A stretch of 64,000 bases of DNA from a virus (taxonomy: Duplodnaviria > Heunggongvirae > Uroviricota > Caudoviricetes). The stretch lies in the IMG/VR virus record IMGVR_UViG_2690316068_000002. The stretch is one strand, 5' to 3'. How positions within the stretch are numbered: position 1 is the stretch's first letter; every line of letters starts with the position of its first letter. Shown here in pieces: positions 1 through 9,029 of the stretch. The translations under genes and the position numbers were made by a program. The notes beneath the pieces are model-generated. The model searched no databases, had not been told where the DNA came from, and was given only the letters and a program-made list of their open reading frames with translations.

Positions 1-243
1 ATTGGTGGTGCTATGAAAACCATCTGAGAACTCGCGTTCCTCACCACGATACTGGAGAACGATACCGTAACCGCCCGGGCCACCCGGATTTTTAAGGCAA
101 GAGCCATCACTAAAGATTTTCACGGTTTTGAGCTGGGGATTGAACTCTACGACAGGCGTTGTGGGATTGGTGCGGGGAGATTTTTTGTTTTTGGCTTTTT
201 TGCGAGTTTTTGCTTGCGATCGGGCTGGTGTCTTCGTCGTCAT
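1..243 (-). CDS. rnhA: RNase H (RnhA-like); N-terminal part only, gene continues past the window edge
   Basis: Minus-strand translation from ATG at 241-243 gives [81 protein letters not shown]; the [19 protein letters not shown] block matches the RNase HI N-terminal signature; AGGAG upstream. Confidence 0.7.
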   Translation of the reverse strand, partial: MTTKTPARSQAKTRKKAKNKKSPRTNPTTPVVEFNPQLKTVKIFSDGSCLKNPGGPGGYGIVLQYRGEEREFSDGFHSTTN

Positions 244-825
244 ATAAACTCCTGAATCAAGCGCCGCGCCGATTTTTTCCTCGCGCGTGCGCACACGCGT
301 GCGTGTTAATAATTATTAAAATAAACAAATTACTTCCCAGAACAGGTTTTTATAAACCTGAACTGAACGAACGAAGTGAGTGAAGTTCACCTCGAACGAA
401 GTGAGAGGTTGTCTTTTCAGGTAATACTCTCCCAGGGAGGTGAGTATAAAATTCCTCACCAACCTGGTCGTTTCATAACCTGAAAAGCTATGGTCTAAGT
501 CTACTGCCAGCTTAGACTTGGGAAGTTATGGATGACAGCACCCCAGAACCGAGATCTTCCCACACTTTATGAAGGGGAGTACTGGATTCAACCTCTCGAA
601 ACACCCCAGACTCGACAATCATAAAGTGACCCTTGTCTCTGCTCACTTTGGTTCCCCCTTCCCCGACACCTAAACGGCACCGGTTCTACGCTGGTAGTGA
701 GCTTTTTTAAACCTGACGCCAGTGACGCTTACCCCCACCCATCAGGTCGAGTCTCCAGTCTACGACTGGAAACTATCAGATCTTAGCACTTACAATTCAC
801 TTTATAAATAGTTTGTACTTATCTA

Positions 826-1056
826 TCATTGTGATTGATTATTTTCTCGACCATGTAGTTGAACATTCAAGGCAAACACCTCATTGATCAACTCACCTAA
901 AAGCTGTTCAACAAGTTCGCGATGCTCGCCAAGATGCAAGCACTTAATTGCCCACTCGTACAAGTTGAAAGCCTGCTCACGATCTTTCATCATTTCACGA
1001 GCCTGGGCCAGAAAATCGCTCTCTACGAGCGCAACGACATTAGTCGGGTATGACAT
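826..1056 (-). CDS. hypothetical protein
   Basis: ORF 826..1080; internal ATG at 1056 is preceded by AAGGAA, so preferred start. Confidence 0.45.
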   Translation of the reverse strand: MSYPTNVVALVESDFLAQAREMMKDREQAFNLYEWAIKCLHLGEHRELVEQLLGELINEVFALNVQLHGRENNQSQ

Positions 1057-1162
1057 GTTGGTTTCCTTAAAGTGGTTCATAAAATCGATTTTAAAGCGTC
1101 TGGGAAGGGGTTCTAGTGGATTCTGTAGTGATGTTCAGGTCTGGAGTCTCTGATACAAAACA

Positions 1163-1220
1163 GCCTGCTTCCGTATATTAATAATTAATATGTAGTTATT
1201 TATATATACAGAAGCAGGCT
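1163..1220 (-). terminator. large hairpin (10-15 bp stem, AT-rich loop) downstream of methyltransferase gene
   Basis: agcctgcttc...gaagcaggct inverted repeat followed on minus strand by GTTTTGTAT; near-identical element at 48235-48290. Confidence 0.4.
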
Positions 1221-1241
1221 AATTACAGACGCCAGAACAAA

Positions 1242-1835
1242 CTAAGCAGCCTTCTTTGATGGTCTTTTTTTCCTGATCACATTCGCAGGATCATACCCTC
1301 CCAGACTTTTCATGACGTCCAAAGGGATCTTGCTTATAGAGTGCCCAGCGTCCTGACAGAATCCTCGAAAAACAACGAGCATACTGCCACCGGGGTTGAT
1401 GTTTACTTCTACCTGACCCAAATTGACGTCAGGCTCGACAAACGCTACGCGGCCACCAGACAGAATAATCGTCTCATTCGCATACTCTGTTGCACGCTCA
1501 TACCACTTTGTATCGAGGGATTGAGGAATTAGCATCACTGTTGTAACTCCGCGAGCCTGCTCACGTATAGCAGCATCAATCCAGGGGGAGATTTTGGAGT
1601 AGGGTGGATTGAGGAAGGCAATTGTACCTGGCTGTCCCCATTCAGATTTCAAAGCATCACGCTCAATGCCTATGAAATTAGGCAGCTTTGCGTTGTCCTT
1701 GTTGCAGGCAACGTCAACATCAAATGTCACTCCAAGATAACGTTGAATGGCAGAAAACAGCCAATCAGGTGTTCTCCAGAGGTCACGAAGAGAGTTGTCG
1801 CGCTTTCGCTGTTTGATTTTTTCGGCTGCAATCAT
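1242..1835 (-). CDS. DNA N6-adenine methyltransferase (phage Dam-like)
   Basis: FLNPPYS motif (NPPY/DPPY catalytic motif IV of N6-adenine MTases); 197 aa. Confidence 0.7.
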   Translation of the reverse strand: MIAAEKIKQRKRDNSLRDLWRTPDWLFSAIQRYLGVTFDVDVACNKDNAKLPNFIGIERDALKSEWGQPGTIAFLNPPYSKISPWIDAAIREQARGVTTVMLIPQSLDTKWYERATEYANETIILSGGRVAFVEPDVNLGQVEVNINPGGSMLVVFRGFCQDAGHSISKIPLDVMKSLGGYDPANVIRKKRPSKKAA

Positions 1836-1898
1836 CTTCTTTCTCGATAGGTAAGTGATTACCTATTTTTGCATTTGATTTTATGTCTGGCAATCAAA

Positions 1899-1945
1899 TA
1901 AAACGCGCCAGAAATGCAAACGAGAAGCTCTCTGGCGCGTTTTTG
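1899..1945. terminator. bidirectional rho-independent terminator candidate
   Basis: acgcgccag...ctggcgcgt stem with T-runs on both sides. Confidence 0.45.
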
Positions 1946-2018
1946 TGGTGCTGGATATGTGATTGGCTTACCCAGCACTATAAAGCTCTCTATGGGCTTT
2001 ATTTTCAGTAGGGGGACG

Positions 2019-2828
2019 TCATCCAATAGTGTACTCCGCTACAAACTTCTTAACGATCGGTGATTCTTCGTTCAATGTTAGATTTCCACCGTCTCTAACG
2101 GCAACTCCTGTCGCTGGAAATACAGCCATCATTTGCCCAGCCTGAGTTGACGCAGTGTTAAGCGGATACGGTTTTTCTGGATTGCTCATTAAAGCAATCT
2201 TAATACTATTACTTGTAGCCTTCTTTTCTGTGAGAAGGTGTCTCATGGAAATTACCGTGTAAACACTAATATCTGGACCTCCGCTAAACCAATTAAGAAG
2301 GTTTAATATCTTATCCTTTGCTTTGACAGGCGCGTTTTCGTAAGCGTCTAAGAAAATATCTGTTTCTAATCCTGCTTTATTGAAAAACGAATCATCTTTA
2401 TCACTTAAAGTAAAACGAGGACCTCTTGCAGTACGCGCTTTTTTATTTGTGTTGCTATCATTTGACTGTTGAACTTTTAATTCATCATTAACATCAACAC
2501 ACTCTTCAACCTCAATCAATCCCAATTGTTCTGGCTCGTTTTCGGCAGATTCAACACTTTCAGCGTTAATTACGTTTATAGGCTCATGCGCTAACTCCAA
2601 CTCATTTAAAGCAGAGCTGAAATCACCTGCTTTTTCTTCATTGAACAGTTCTTCGGCAACATCATCAGAACTCATGGCTACGCCAGCATCGAGGCCGAGC
2701 AGCAGATCGTCAATATCATCAGTATTTTCAACCTGTGCGGCTTTTTTTACTGGTTCATCAAGTGATTGCAACATGGCTGTCAGCTCGTCCAGATCATCAT
2801 TTGTCATTACATTTTCAACCGAACTCAT
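2019..2828 (-). CDS. hypothetical protein with strongly acidic N-terminal half
   Basis: 269 aa ORF; N-terminal ~130 aa very rich in D/E. Confidence 0.5.
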   Translation of the reverse strand: MSSVENVMTNDDLDELTAMLQSLDEPVKKAAQVENTDDIDDLLLGLDAGVAMSSDDVAEELFNEEKAGDFSSALNELELAHEPINVINAESVESAENEPEQLGLIEVEECVDVNDELKVQQSNDSNTNKKARTARGPRFTLSDKDDSFFNKAGLETDIFLDAYENAPVKAKDKILNLLNWFSGGPDISVYTVISMRHLLTEKKATSNSIKIALMSNPEKPYPLNTASTQAGQMMAVFPATGVAVRDGGNLTLNEESPIVKKFVAEYTIG

Positions 2829-2942
2829 GTAAGTCTCCTTCTGCTTGGTTACATTTGCGTTTCGATAGCTACATTTTGACTAAACCTATCAGGCGGAAAA
2901 GTATTAAATACAGGCAGGAAATGATTGAAAGGCGGCTGTTCT

Positions 2943-2983
2943 TTAAAAGAAAGCCTGCTTTAAACTCTCTTTAAAGCAGGCTT
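2943..2983 (-). terminator. rho-independent terminator candidate after exonuclease gene
   Basis: aaagcctgctttaaa...tttaaagcaggcttt stem followed by T-rich tract. Confidence 0.45.
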
Positions 2984-2988
2984 TTGTT

Positions 2989-3543
2989 TTACACAATTTC
3001 AGAGGGTAATTTAAAAAATCCGTACTTATTACGTGCCTTAAAGAAGCATTGCATCATTAAGTTTGTGTCATATAAGGCACTATGTGCTTTAGTATGATCG
3101 TACATAAAGCCAAGAGAGAAGGCCAACTCTTCAAGGCGGGGACGTTTACCGTCTTCTGTGGCCCACAGGGAAAATATAGTGTCAATCAATGGGATGTCTG
3201 GAAGCGAAAAACCGTAACTTTTCAGCTCATGCCTAATAAACGGAATATCGAACGCTTCGCCGTTGTGGGCTATCCAAATATCGGAAGAAGAGAGATACGA
3301 AGCGACAGATGAAGCGTGATCGGCTAGTAACGGCTCGGCGGCTAAATCTTCAAGACTGATGCCGTGTACCGCTTGCGCTTTCGGATCGATACTGCGACGC
3401 GGGTTGAACCGCATTACAAAACTATCAACCATTGTCTGTGTCTCCAGTTCATAGCGGGTAATTGCGATTTCAATAATTTTATGACCAGCAAGGAAATCCA
3501 GTCCCGTAGACTCGATATCGATGCCTGCAACAATCGTTGTCAT
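2989..3543 (-). CDS. DnaQ-like 3'-5' exonuclease (DEDDh family, Pol III epsilon-like)
   Basis: Exo I motif VAGIDIESTGL near N-terminus; H-x4-D motif (HSALYD) near C-terminus; 184 aa. Confidence 0.75.
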   Translation of the reverse strand: MTTIVAGIDIESTGLDFLAGHKIIEIAITRYELETQTMVDSFVMRFNPRRSIDPKAQAVHGISLEDLAAEPLLADHASSVASYLSSSDIWIAHNGEAFDIPFIRHELKSYGFSLPDIPLIDTIFSLWATEDGKRPRLEELAFSLGFMYDHTKAHSALYDTNLMMQCFFKARNKYGFFKLPSEIV

Positions 3544-3552
3544 CAGAACTCC

Positions 3553-3972
3553 TTACAACTTCTTAGCGCCCTTAAGTAGTGCGCTACGTACAAATTGAGC
3601 CGCTTTTTTCAAAGTTTCTTCACTGGTTTCACAGACAATCGGATCTTTCCACTTACCTGACGCAGTGTTGAGAATATTGATTTGGTTGCTATCCAGACAA
3701 ACAGAGATATAAAGCACCGTGCCACCAGCCAGCATCAAATGCATAGGAAACAGAGGCTTTTTACTGTCTTCACTGAACTGAGACATGGCGATGTTAATGG
3801 CTTCACCTACTTGTGCGCCAACAAGCCCTTGCGCAATTTCGAATACGGTACGAATAGCCAGACGAGCCTCTCGATCGCTCATAAGCGACCGGGAATGTTC
3901 GTCCGCTACACGAATCAAAGCCTCTGTTGTTTTCCGATCCAGTTCATCTTCAAGTAACATTTCACTAAACAT
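3553..3972 (-). CDS. hypothetical protein
   Basis: 139 aa ORF in operon context. Confidence 0.5.
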   Translation of the reverse strand: MFSEMLLEDELDRKTTEALIRVADEHSRSLMSDREARLAIRTVFEIAQGLVGAQVGEAINIAMSQFSEDSKKPLFPMHLMLAGGTVLYISVCLDSNQINILNTASGKWKDPIVCETSEETLKKAAQFVRSALLKGAKKL

Positions 3973-4033
3973 TTTTTATCCTTAACCCATTTTGAGAGTT
4001 TTATTGTCGCAATGTCGAAGAGGCGAACAATTT

Positions 4034-4678
4034 CTAATGAACGGTTACTCGGCCACAGAACCGGTTTTCTATCTTTTCTACAGCGTTATCTAGCATTCTC
4101 ATCACTGATCTGGCTCTTGCTTCAACCGTGCGATATCGGTTGGAAACGACGAAGGTTTGCAGATCTCCCCTTTGCGGATGCAGGTGAATTTTTGTCAGTT
4201 CCCCGCACATCAACGCATCAATACGAGCGACATACAGACGGTCTAATGATGCTCGTTGTGATCGCAAGTAATCTCGCTCTGAGAGAGCGACCCCCGGGCG
4301 TAGGCCAGCAATGGCGTTAAAGTTTGAAATAGCAGTTTTGTGGCAAAACTTTTCGATATCGAGGGCTAACTCAATACACCGATCTTCATTTGTATGGCCA
4401 ACCAAATCCAACGTGTAGGCCATAACATCAGCAGGTGTGCGATCGATAACAAAGCCTTCAACACCACGTGTAAGTAGCTCTATATGCTTTGCTATTTCCA
4501 TTTGAATCTGAAGCCGCTCATATAGAGGCATAGACTCACCTACTCGAACACCGAGGCGGCTCATCAAACTTCCGACACCAGCATCCACGTAAGGGATTCC
4601 GTAATGTTTGTCGATATATTTAGCCAGGGTTGTTTTCCCACTGCCCTGAGCACCAGTGATCCCAATCCGGTAATCCAT
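4034..4678 (-). CDS. P-loop nucleotide kinase, putative deoxynucleoside monophosphate kinase
   Basis: Walker A GITGAQGSGKTTLAKY at N-terminus; sits in nucleotide-metabolism cluster next to DHFR/ThyA. Confidence 0.55.
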   Translation of the reverse strand: MDYRIGITGAQGSGKTTLAKYIDKHYGIPYVDAGVGSLMSRLGVRVGESMPLYERLQIQMEIAKHIELLTRGVEGFVIDRTPADVMAYTLDLVGHTNEDRCIELALDIEKFCHKTAISNFNAIAGLRPGVALSERDYLRSQRASLDRLYVARIDALMCGELTKIHLHPQRGDLQTFVVSNRYRTVEARARSVMRMLDNAVEKIENRFCGRVTVH

Positions 4679-5154
4679 TACGACCTTCTGTATACGATCT
4701 GCGAAAAGCCAGGCTCTTCCTCGCTGGCTCGTTGGGTATAAGCTGTTTCAACAGGCACAAAGCCTAAGTTACGCATCATGCTTGCCGGGAAGAATGCATC
4801 GGCGTTTGGTACATCAACGCCGATGTGGGAGAGCCAAATCTCTTCAACATGCGGCATGAATAGCGAGTAAATTTGTTCCCCGCCAATCACCCACACAGGC
4901 TCTGGTAATCGCAACACATCATCCACACCAGCAGGGTAGAATCCATTTGGTACAAAGCCATGAGAGCGCGTCAAAACGAGGTTATGACGCTCTGGAAGAG
5001 GGCGTTTGAGACTTTCCATCGTTTTACGCCCCATAACGACAGTGGCGTTTTTGGTGAGTCTCTTAAATAGCTTCAGATCGGTAGAACAACGCCAGGGCAG
5101 TTCGTTCGCTATGCCGATCTCATAGTTACGGCCAACAGCAGCGATCATCTTCAT
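4678..5154 (-). CDS. folA: dihydrofolate reductase
   Basis: N-terminus MIAAVGRNYEIGIANELPW resembles DHFR; GRKTMESL and VIGGEQIY motifs; 158 aa. Confidence 0.8.
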   Translation of the reverse strand: MKMIAAVGRNYEIGIANELPWRCSTDLKLFKRLTKNATVVMGRKTMESLKRPLPERHNLVLTRSHGFVPNGFYPAGVDDVLRLPEPVWVIGGEQIYSLFMPHVEEIWLSHIGVDVPNADAFFPASMMRNLGFVPVETAYTQRASEEEPGFSQIVYRRS

Positions 5155-5552
5155 TTGCTCACCTCATAGATGACCGGTCGATGGTGAGAGTCGGCTAAAG
5201 CGGCACGGAGTCGAGGATCGTGCACCAGCGCAGCGATAAGCAGATCGCCTTTATGCTCCGCTAATGTGCGCTTAATATGCTTCTCATAACTGGTGCCATT
5301 CGGTACGAGATGAAGCCAGTCATAATCAACGCCAAAATCTTTCAGCCATCGTTTAGTTGGCGCTTCAAGAGTTTCAGAGCGGCTACTGATAAGCACCACT
5401 TCAGCCCCTGAGCGAGCAAAACCACGCAACATACGGCTGGTGGGGAAAATGAGTTCATCACCGGCAATGAGCTGGCCTGCATCCGCGTCAGATACTGATT
5501 TACGATGGCTGGCATTTGCCAGCACACCTTCAATTTCGCATAAGACATACAT
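5151..5552 (-). CDS. hypothetical protein, possible HAD-like phosphatase
   Basis: ORF 5151..5612; ATG at 5552 has GAGG RBS and avoids overlap with thyA; degenerate CEIEGVL N-terminal motif. Confidence 0.4.
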   Translation of the reverse strand: MYVLCEIEGVLANASHRKSVSDADAGQLIAGDELIFPTSRMLRGFARSGAEVVLISSRSETLEAPTKRWLKDFGVDYDWLHLVPNGTSYEKHIKRTLAEHKGDLLIAALVHDPRLRAALADSHHRPVIYEVSK

Positions 5553-5565
5553 ACCTCTTGCCATA

Positions 5566-6669
5566 TCACACCGCCACTGGAACCTTGATCCACGGTAGAG
5601 GGTCATAGCCAAGAATTAAAACCTCGTCCCATTTGAAATCATCCAACTCTGACCATTCATGAGGGAAAATAACGACCGGATCTGAATGCTCTGGAGCCTG
5701 TCGTTTCATTAGCTCACACACACCTTCCATGTGGTTGTTGTACAAATGCACGTCAAAGCCAAAATGCACAAATGCACCGGCCATGTGACCCGTAATCTTC
5801 GCGAGAAAATGAGTGAGAATGCCATAGCCAGCAATATTGAATGGCATACCAACAAAAGTGTCTACGCTACGCTGTACGAGGCAGGAGTTGAGGATGCGTT
5901 TGGGGATTCCAAGTTCATCCAGTTCAGCTTCAGTAACACTGCCGTCCATCTCCAGATCGTATAGCATCTTGGTGTAGATAGACTCGTAACCGAGGCGACT
6001 GTGTTGAAGACCAATGTCAGTTGCCATCGTTAAACGGGTTTCAAAATCCAGCTCACGACTCCACAAAGAGAAGACAAAGTGGCAAGGTGGCAGTTTCATA
6101 TCCTCAAGCTCGCCTACGTTCCATGCGTTAAGCATGATGCGACGATCGGTAGGGTTCGTGCGCAGTGTATCGACAATACGCTGTAGCTGATCGATTTCAC
6201 GGGACAGCACTACGCGATCTTCACTGATACCCAGGTATCCCTCGACTTTGTACCCGCGTTCACGGAAAGTAGCGATCTTGCTCAGATATTCACTATGGCT
6301 CACGATGCGGGTATCTTCCCATCGACGCCACTGCTTACCGTAAACCGGCCCCAAATCGCCATTCTCATCGGCCCATGCATCCCAAATCTTAACGCCGTTA
6401 TCCTTGAGAAATTGGATGTTGCCCGTGCCTTTCAGATACCACTCAAGTTCGACAAGTAGTGGCTTAAGATTTACCGCCTTTCCAGAAATAAGCGGCACAG
6501 TCCCACCAGTAAGCATGTAGTAAGAGGGAACGTAGCAGGTGCTTAAAGTGCCAGTGCCTGTGCGATCATCAGCCTGCACGCCGCTTTTAAGCACCGTCTC
6601 AATAACTTTTGCATACGATGCGTTTGTTACCTGACCGTTCGTATGCTCTCGATTCAAAAGGAGTGACAC
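5566..6669 (-). CDS. thyA: thymidylate synthase
   Basis: DRTGTGT motif, catalytic PPCH motif; 367 aa; non-ATG (GTG) start at 6669 with GAGG RBS. Confidence 0.9.
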   Translation of the reverse strand: MSLLLNREHTNGQVTNASYAKVIETVLKSGVQADDRTGTGTLSTCYVPSYYMLTGGTVPLISGKAVNLKPLLVELEWYLKGTGNIQFLKDNGVKIWDAWADENGDLGPVYGKQWRRWEDTRIVSHSEYLSKIATFRERGYKVEGYLGISEDRVVLSREIDQLQRIVDTLRTNPTDRRIMLNAWNVGELEDMKLPPCHFVFSLWSRELDFETRLTMATDIGLQHSRLGYESIYTKMLYDLEMDGSVTEAELDELGIPKRILNSCLVQRSVDTFVGMPFNIAGYGILTHFLAKITGHMAGAFVHFGFDVHLYNNHMEGVCELMKRQAPEHSDPVVIFPHEWSELDDFKWDEVLILGYDPLPWIKVPVAV

Positions 6670-6684
6670 AAAAACCTCACAAAG

Positions 6685-6700
6685 ATAAGTAATTACTTAT
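6685..6700. promoter_or_regulatory. promoter-proximal palindrome ATAAGTAATTACTTAT (member of recurrent operator-like family)
   Basis: Perfect 16-bp palindrome 16 nt upstream of thyA start. Confidence 0.4.
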
Positions 6701-6744
6701 TCATCGTGTGAGTTTACATTCATTGAGAGAACAAGACCAGACAG

Positions 6745-6768
6745 ATAAAAAAATGGTGGCCATAGGCC
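6745..6768 (-). terminator. rho-independent terminator
   Basis: GGTGGCC-ata-GGCCACC stem followed on minus strand by TTTTTTT. Confidence 0.55.
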
Positions 6769-6839
6769 ACCAAAACGAATAGTCATTCCAGAGTTTTATT
6801 ACGCATGTTAAATATACACAGATAGATAACTACCTACAA

Positions 6840-7709
6840 TTATTTTTTGATCATTCCGTACATTGCTGAGGCTTTAGCTTGCTCAACAAAGGAGGATAAA
6901 TCGACATCACTATAGGTTGGAGACTTCAGAATCTTTCCATCGGAAATTCGAAAACCGATCATCTTATCGGTGCCATCAGCATGGCGGAATCCCAGATCTG
7001 AAGAGTCGTATTTGCAGTTGGCCACAGCCTGGCGACGTTCCTCAACATCAGCAGGCCATAATTTTGTCATGTTAGACCGATGAATTTCGCCAACCAGCTC
7101 GACGACATTGATACCGAGGAAATCAGCCAGTCGATAAGTCATCATGCACGCCACATAGATTTTGTTCATTACACGGCGCAGTTCCTGAATCAGCTCAGAA
7201 TCCTTAACAGTCTTCTTCTCAAGTTTATCTGCCAGCTCTTCGAGCATACATGACGCCTCACGAGCTTCCTGAAATGGCATTGCCATATCATCGAAAACAG
7301 TGTTACCGGGCACAAAAATTGTCTGCATAAAGCGATCAATGCTCTGTTCCTGCGTGTAATAGGTCATGCCGGTAGAAATACCACCTTTGATGGAGACCAT
7401 CGTACCAACACCAACGTATAAAAAGTCGGCCATTGCATCCAGCAGTTGCTCAATATCCCCATTCATTGCGGCTGGAATACCTTCCACTACAGCTTCTTCA
7501 TGAATCAGGCTTGCACGGAGACGAAGCAGCTCTGGTGTCGGCATAACGCGTCTCGGATGCTGGAAGAGTTCATGAAACTGATCGACCATCTTGTAAATAC
7601 TTTCAGTGGCTACACCATGGCCTTCATGCAACTCATATGGTTCTGGCTTAAATCCAATGAGTCGATCGGTGGCAAGTTTCAGGTGGTCAGTCAGTTTGGT
7701 AAAGTTCAT
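6840..7709 (-). CDS. hypothetical protein, possible MazG-like all-alpha NTP pyrophosphohydrolase
   Basis: ORF 6840..7907 trimmed to ATG at 7709 (AAGGAAC RBS; avoids overlap with nrdB); EE-x-D-x-LLDA-AD-LY acidic helical motif resembles MazG/HisE. Confidence 0.4.
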   Translation of the reverse strand: MNFTKLTDHLKLATDRLIGFKPEPYELHEGHGVATESIYKMVDQFHELFQHPRRVMPTPELLRLRASLIHEEAVVEGIPAAMNGDIEQLLDAMADFLYVGVGTMVSIKGGISTGMTYYTQEQSIDRFMQTIFVPGNTVFDDMAMPFQEAREASCMLEELADKLEKKTVKDSELIQELRRVMNKIYVACMMTYRLADFLGINVVELVGEIHRSNMTKLWPADVEERRQAVANCKYDSSDLGFRHADGTDKMIGFRISDGKILKSPTYSDVDLSSFVEQAKASAMYGMIKK

Positions 7710-7786
7710 GCTAGTTTTGTTCCTTCTTAATTCTTGTGATCCATTGTGGCCCAGCGTTGCCAGGCCACATAATGCTTTGTATCGGT

Positions 7787-8929
7787 TTACAGGTCTGCAA
7801 ACTGGCTTAGAGAAGCCTTGTCCACGGTAGAATCGATCTGACCTACCAGATATGTGCTTTGCTCTGCCTCTTGTGGTGCAATTTGCAGTGTGTCGGTTAA
7901 CAACCACTTGTTCATCCAGACCAGCGGATCAGTGGTAACTTCTGGAAATAAAGCCTTCAGGCCAAGACGATTCATAGCCAGATTGGTTCGGTATTTTACA
8001 TAGGTCTTCAGAATATCCGCGTTTAAACCAATCATCGAACCGTCTTTGAAGAGATAGTCTGCCCAGTTCATTTCTTGTTCGGCGACTGATTTCATGGTGT
8101 CGTAAATGACGTTTTCTTCATCAGCAGCAATCTCTTTCCACAATAAACCTTCGCGACCGGTACGCATGAAGCGGATCATGCGTTCAGTTCCTTCGCAATG
8201 CAGAGCTTCATCACGGGCAATAAAGCGCATAATTTTGGTGTTACCCTCAAGCAACTTCCGTTCGCCAAAGGCAAACGTACATGCAAAACTTACATAGAAA
8301 CGGATCGCCTCAAGCGCATTAATGGACACTAACGTGCGGAAAAGCTGACGGTGCAAAGGATATGGCTCCCAGCCATATTCATTTACGTACAGACGCTCAA
8401 ATTCCTTCTCGCCTAACGACTGGCGATCGCAGGTCATCCCATAAAGCCTGTCATATTCAGCAGAGATACTGATGGCTCGGTTGATGATTTCTTCATCCGT
8501 AACAATACCGTCAAAAACAATACTCGGATCGTCCACCATGCCACGAATAATGTGGGTGTAGCTGCGGCTATGGATAGTCTCAGAGAAAGACCACGTTTCA
8601 ACCCACGTTTCCAGTTCAGGAATAGAGATAAGCGGCAGCAGAGTTGCGTTTGGGCTACGTCCCTGAACTGAATCGAGCAACGTTTGATAACGGAGATTAC
8701 TCAGGAAAATGTGGCGTTCGTGGTCCCGCAGCTTCGTATTGAAGTCGATGCGATCGCTCGAAATATCAACTTCTTCCGGCCGCCAGAAGAAAGACAATTG
8801 ACGTTCAATCAACTTTTCAAAATCACGGTATTTTTGTTGATCGTAACGAGCCACGTTGACAGATTGTCCGAGGAACATAGGCTCTTTGGTTGCATCATTA
8901 GCACCCAAACGGAACGTTGAATATGACAT
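7787..8929 (-). CDS. nrdB: ribonucleotide reductase class Ia small subunit
   Basis: N-terminus nearly collinear with E. coli NrdB ([41 protein letters not shown]); 380 aa. Confidence 0.92.
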   Translation of the reverse strand: MSYSTFRLGANDATKEPMFLGQSVNVARYDQQKYRDFEKLIERQLSFFWRPEEVDISSDRIDFNTKLRDHERHIFLSNLRYQTLLDSVQGRSPNATLLPLISIPELETWVETWSFSETIHSRSYTHIIRGMVDDPSIVFDGIVTDEEIINRAISISAEYDRLYGMTCDRQSLGEKEFERLYVNEYGWEPYPLHRQLFRTLVSINALEAIRFYVSFACTFAFGERKLLEGNTKIMRFIARDEALHCEGTERMIRFMRTGREGLLWKEIAADEENVIYDTMKSVAEQEMNWADYLFKDGSMIGLNADILKTYVKYRTNLAMNRLGLKALFPEVTTDPLVWMNKWLLTDTLQIAPQEAEQSTYLVGQIDSTVDKASLSQFADL

Positions 8930-9007
8930 GTGTTTTTCCTTTTTTGATGTGTTTAAACAAGTTGTTATCTTATGTGTTTAAACAAGGCTTACAAATCAAA
9001 GATAAGG

Positions 9008-9027
9008 TGGGGATATACCCCACCATA
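9008..9027 (-). terminator. rho-independent terminator after nrdA
   Basis: GGTGGGG-atata-CCCCACC followed on minus strand by TTATCTTTGATTTG. Confidence 0.5.
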
Positions 9028-9029
9028 TG

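Noticed and set aside
159-383. 74-aa plus-strand ORF in the rnhA upstream region
   Set aside because: Opposite strand to all neighbours, overlaps the rnhA start and inverted repeats, no RBS.
5342-5593. 83-aa minus-strand ORF overlapping the HAD-like gene
   Set aside because: Alternative frame embedded in a longer ORF with a better start context.
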